Positions 63,535 through 64,000 of a DNA stretch of 64,000 bases are shown one piece after another. The notes under the pieces are model-generated. The model saw only the letters and a list, made by a program, of their open reading frames with translations. It ran no database searches and had not been told where the DNA came from. Position 1 is the stretch's first letter. Every line of letters begins with the position of its first letter. Location of the stretch: the NCBI GenBank assembly GCA_050258815.1, contig JBLMZM010000053.1, positions 20,060 to 84,059 of the forward strand. The letters run 5' to 3'. Origin of the DNA: Ignavibacteriales bacterium (GTDB taxonomy: Bacteria; Bacteroidota; Ignavibacteria; Ignavibacteriales; SURF-24). The translations under genes and the position numbers were made by a program.

Positions 63535-64000
63535 TTACTCTTTCTTCCCTCTGATGTAGTTTTCCAACTCGCTGAATGTGGGGCGTTCGTCAGTAAAGAT
63601 TGTCCTTCTGGCAATTTCAACGGCAATAATGGGGGGGTTTCCCTTTGCGTAAGCTACAATACAGGCTTTAATGGTTTCCAGGTATCTTACCTGATGCTCC
63701 AGATTAAGCTCAATATTTCCTGCCAGGGGTCCGATGAATCCGTATGAGAGCAATACACCAAGGAATGTACCCACGAGTGCAGAAGCCACGTGGTGGCCTA
63801 CTACTTCGGGTCCGTCACTGATTGCACCCATTGTAACAATAATTCCTAGCACCGCAGCCACAATACCTAGTCCCGGAAGAGCATCCCCGGTCTTGCTCAA
63901 AGTGGCAGCAATAGGCTTCTGTTCCATTTCAAAGGTCTCAATTTCCGTATCAAGCAGGGCTTCTATTTCGTGCGGCGGTACGCCGCCTGAGAGCATCACC
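63535..64000 (-). CDS. motA: flagellar motor stator protein MotA, C-terminal part (gene continues beyond the window end)
   Basis: ALPGLGIVAAVLGIIVTMG...VGTFLGVLLSYGF are the MotA TM3/TM4 signatures. The stop abuts the motB start. Confidence 0.85.
   Translation of the reverse strand, partial: VMLSGGVPPHEIEALLDTEIETFEMEQKPIAATLSKTGDALPGLGIVAAVLGIIVTMGAISDGPEVVGHHVASALVGTFLGVLLSYGFIGPLAGNIELNLEHQVRYLETIKACIVAYAKGNPPIIAVEIARRTIFTDERPTFSELENYIRGKKE

Noticed and set aside
1-64000. A search for CRISPR arrays, transposases or IS ends, integrases, prophage genes, toxin-antitoxin pairs and known defence-system genes.
   Set aside because: I saw no regularly spaced direct repeats. I saw no DDE, tyrosine-recombinase or serine-recombinase-like ORFs. 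I saw no helicase/nuclease/ATPase clusters. The only nuclease-like ORFs (GIY-YIG-like, TatD, Mug, partial S1/P1) are isolated and look like housekeeping genes. The window appears to be core chromosome.

Overview
This is a densely packed 64-kb chromosomal window with about 58 protein-coding genes. I recognised no rRNA, tRNA, CRISPR array, transposase, integrase, phage gene or classical defence gene. All calls come from reading the ORF translations and the DNA by eye; no HMM or BLAST search was run.

Lineage (inference only): a T9SS type-A C-terminal sorting domain (4266-5858), flagellar stator genes (motAB at the right edge) and [FeFe]-hydrogenases together suggest an anaerobic FCB-group bacterium, possibly Ignavibacteriota-like.

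Main blocks:
- 1-6350: housekeeping genes (rocD, a histidine kinase, PAP2, SDR, a BNR/sialidase-like T9SS cargo protein, a CoA-binding protein).
- 6450-15765: a hydrogenase locus. It starts with a perfect Rex operator, then rex-hydC-hydB-hydA (trimeric NuoE/NuoF-type [FeFe]-hydrogenase). A terminator follows, then a second Rex paralog, a small 2Fe-2S ferredoxin, a PAS-containing sensory hydrogenase (HydS type) and a PP2C phosphatase.
- 15800-30200: assorted small genes, then a protein-degradation and peptide-uptake set (S46 peptidase, S8 peptidase, OPT transporter, class V aminotransferase).
- 30400-43050: a large signalling region. It holds a PAS histidine kinase with a coupled unknown gene, and a roughly 9-kb operon: ECF sigma, a membrane protein, three differently sensored SpoIIE/PP2C phosphatases, STAS and an RsbW-like kinase. 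A divergent orphan STAS gene sits next to it.
- 43200-50400: purA, an amidase plus histidine kinase, a DegT aminotransferase and an NRAMP transporter.
- 50600-61700: mixed and poorly characterised genes. These are a GIY-YIG-like protein, a Met/His-rich DUF305 protein, two distant paralogs of an unknown helical family, a B12-type radical SAM protein, tcdA, tatD, a decayed nucleoside-hydrolase remnant, a PRC-barrel protein, mug and a Tat-signal DUF362 pair.
- 61700-64000: motA-motB followed by two response-regulator genes.

The most interesting candidates are regulatory rather than defence or mobile:
- The dual-Rex catalytic-plus-sensory hydrogenase circuit, whose PP2C phosphatase has no partner kinase or STAS substrate nearby.
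- The ECF-sigma partner-switching operon with three input phosphatases.
- The stator-linked phosphorelay.
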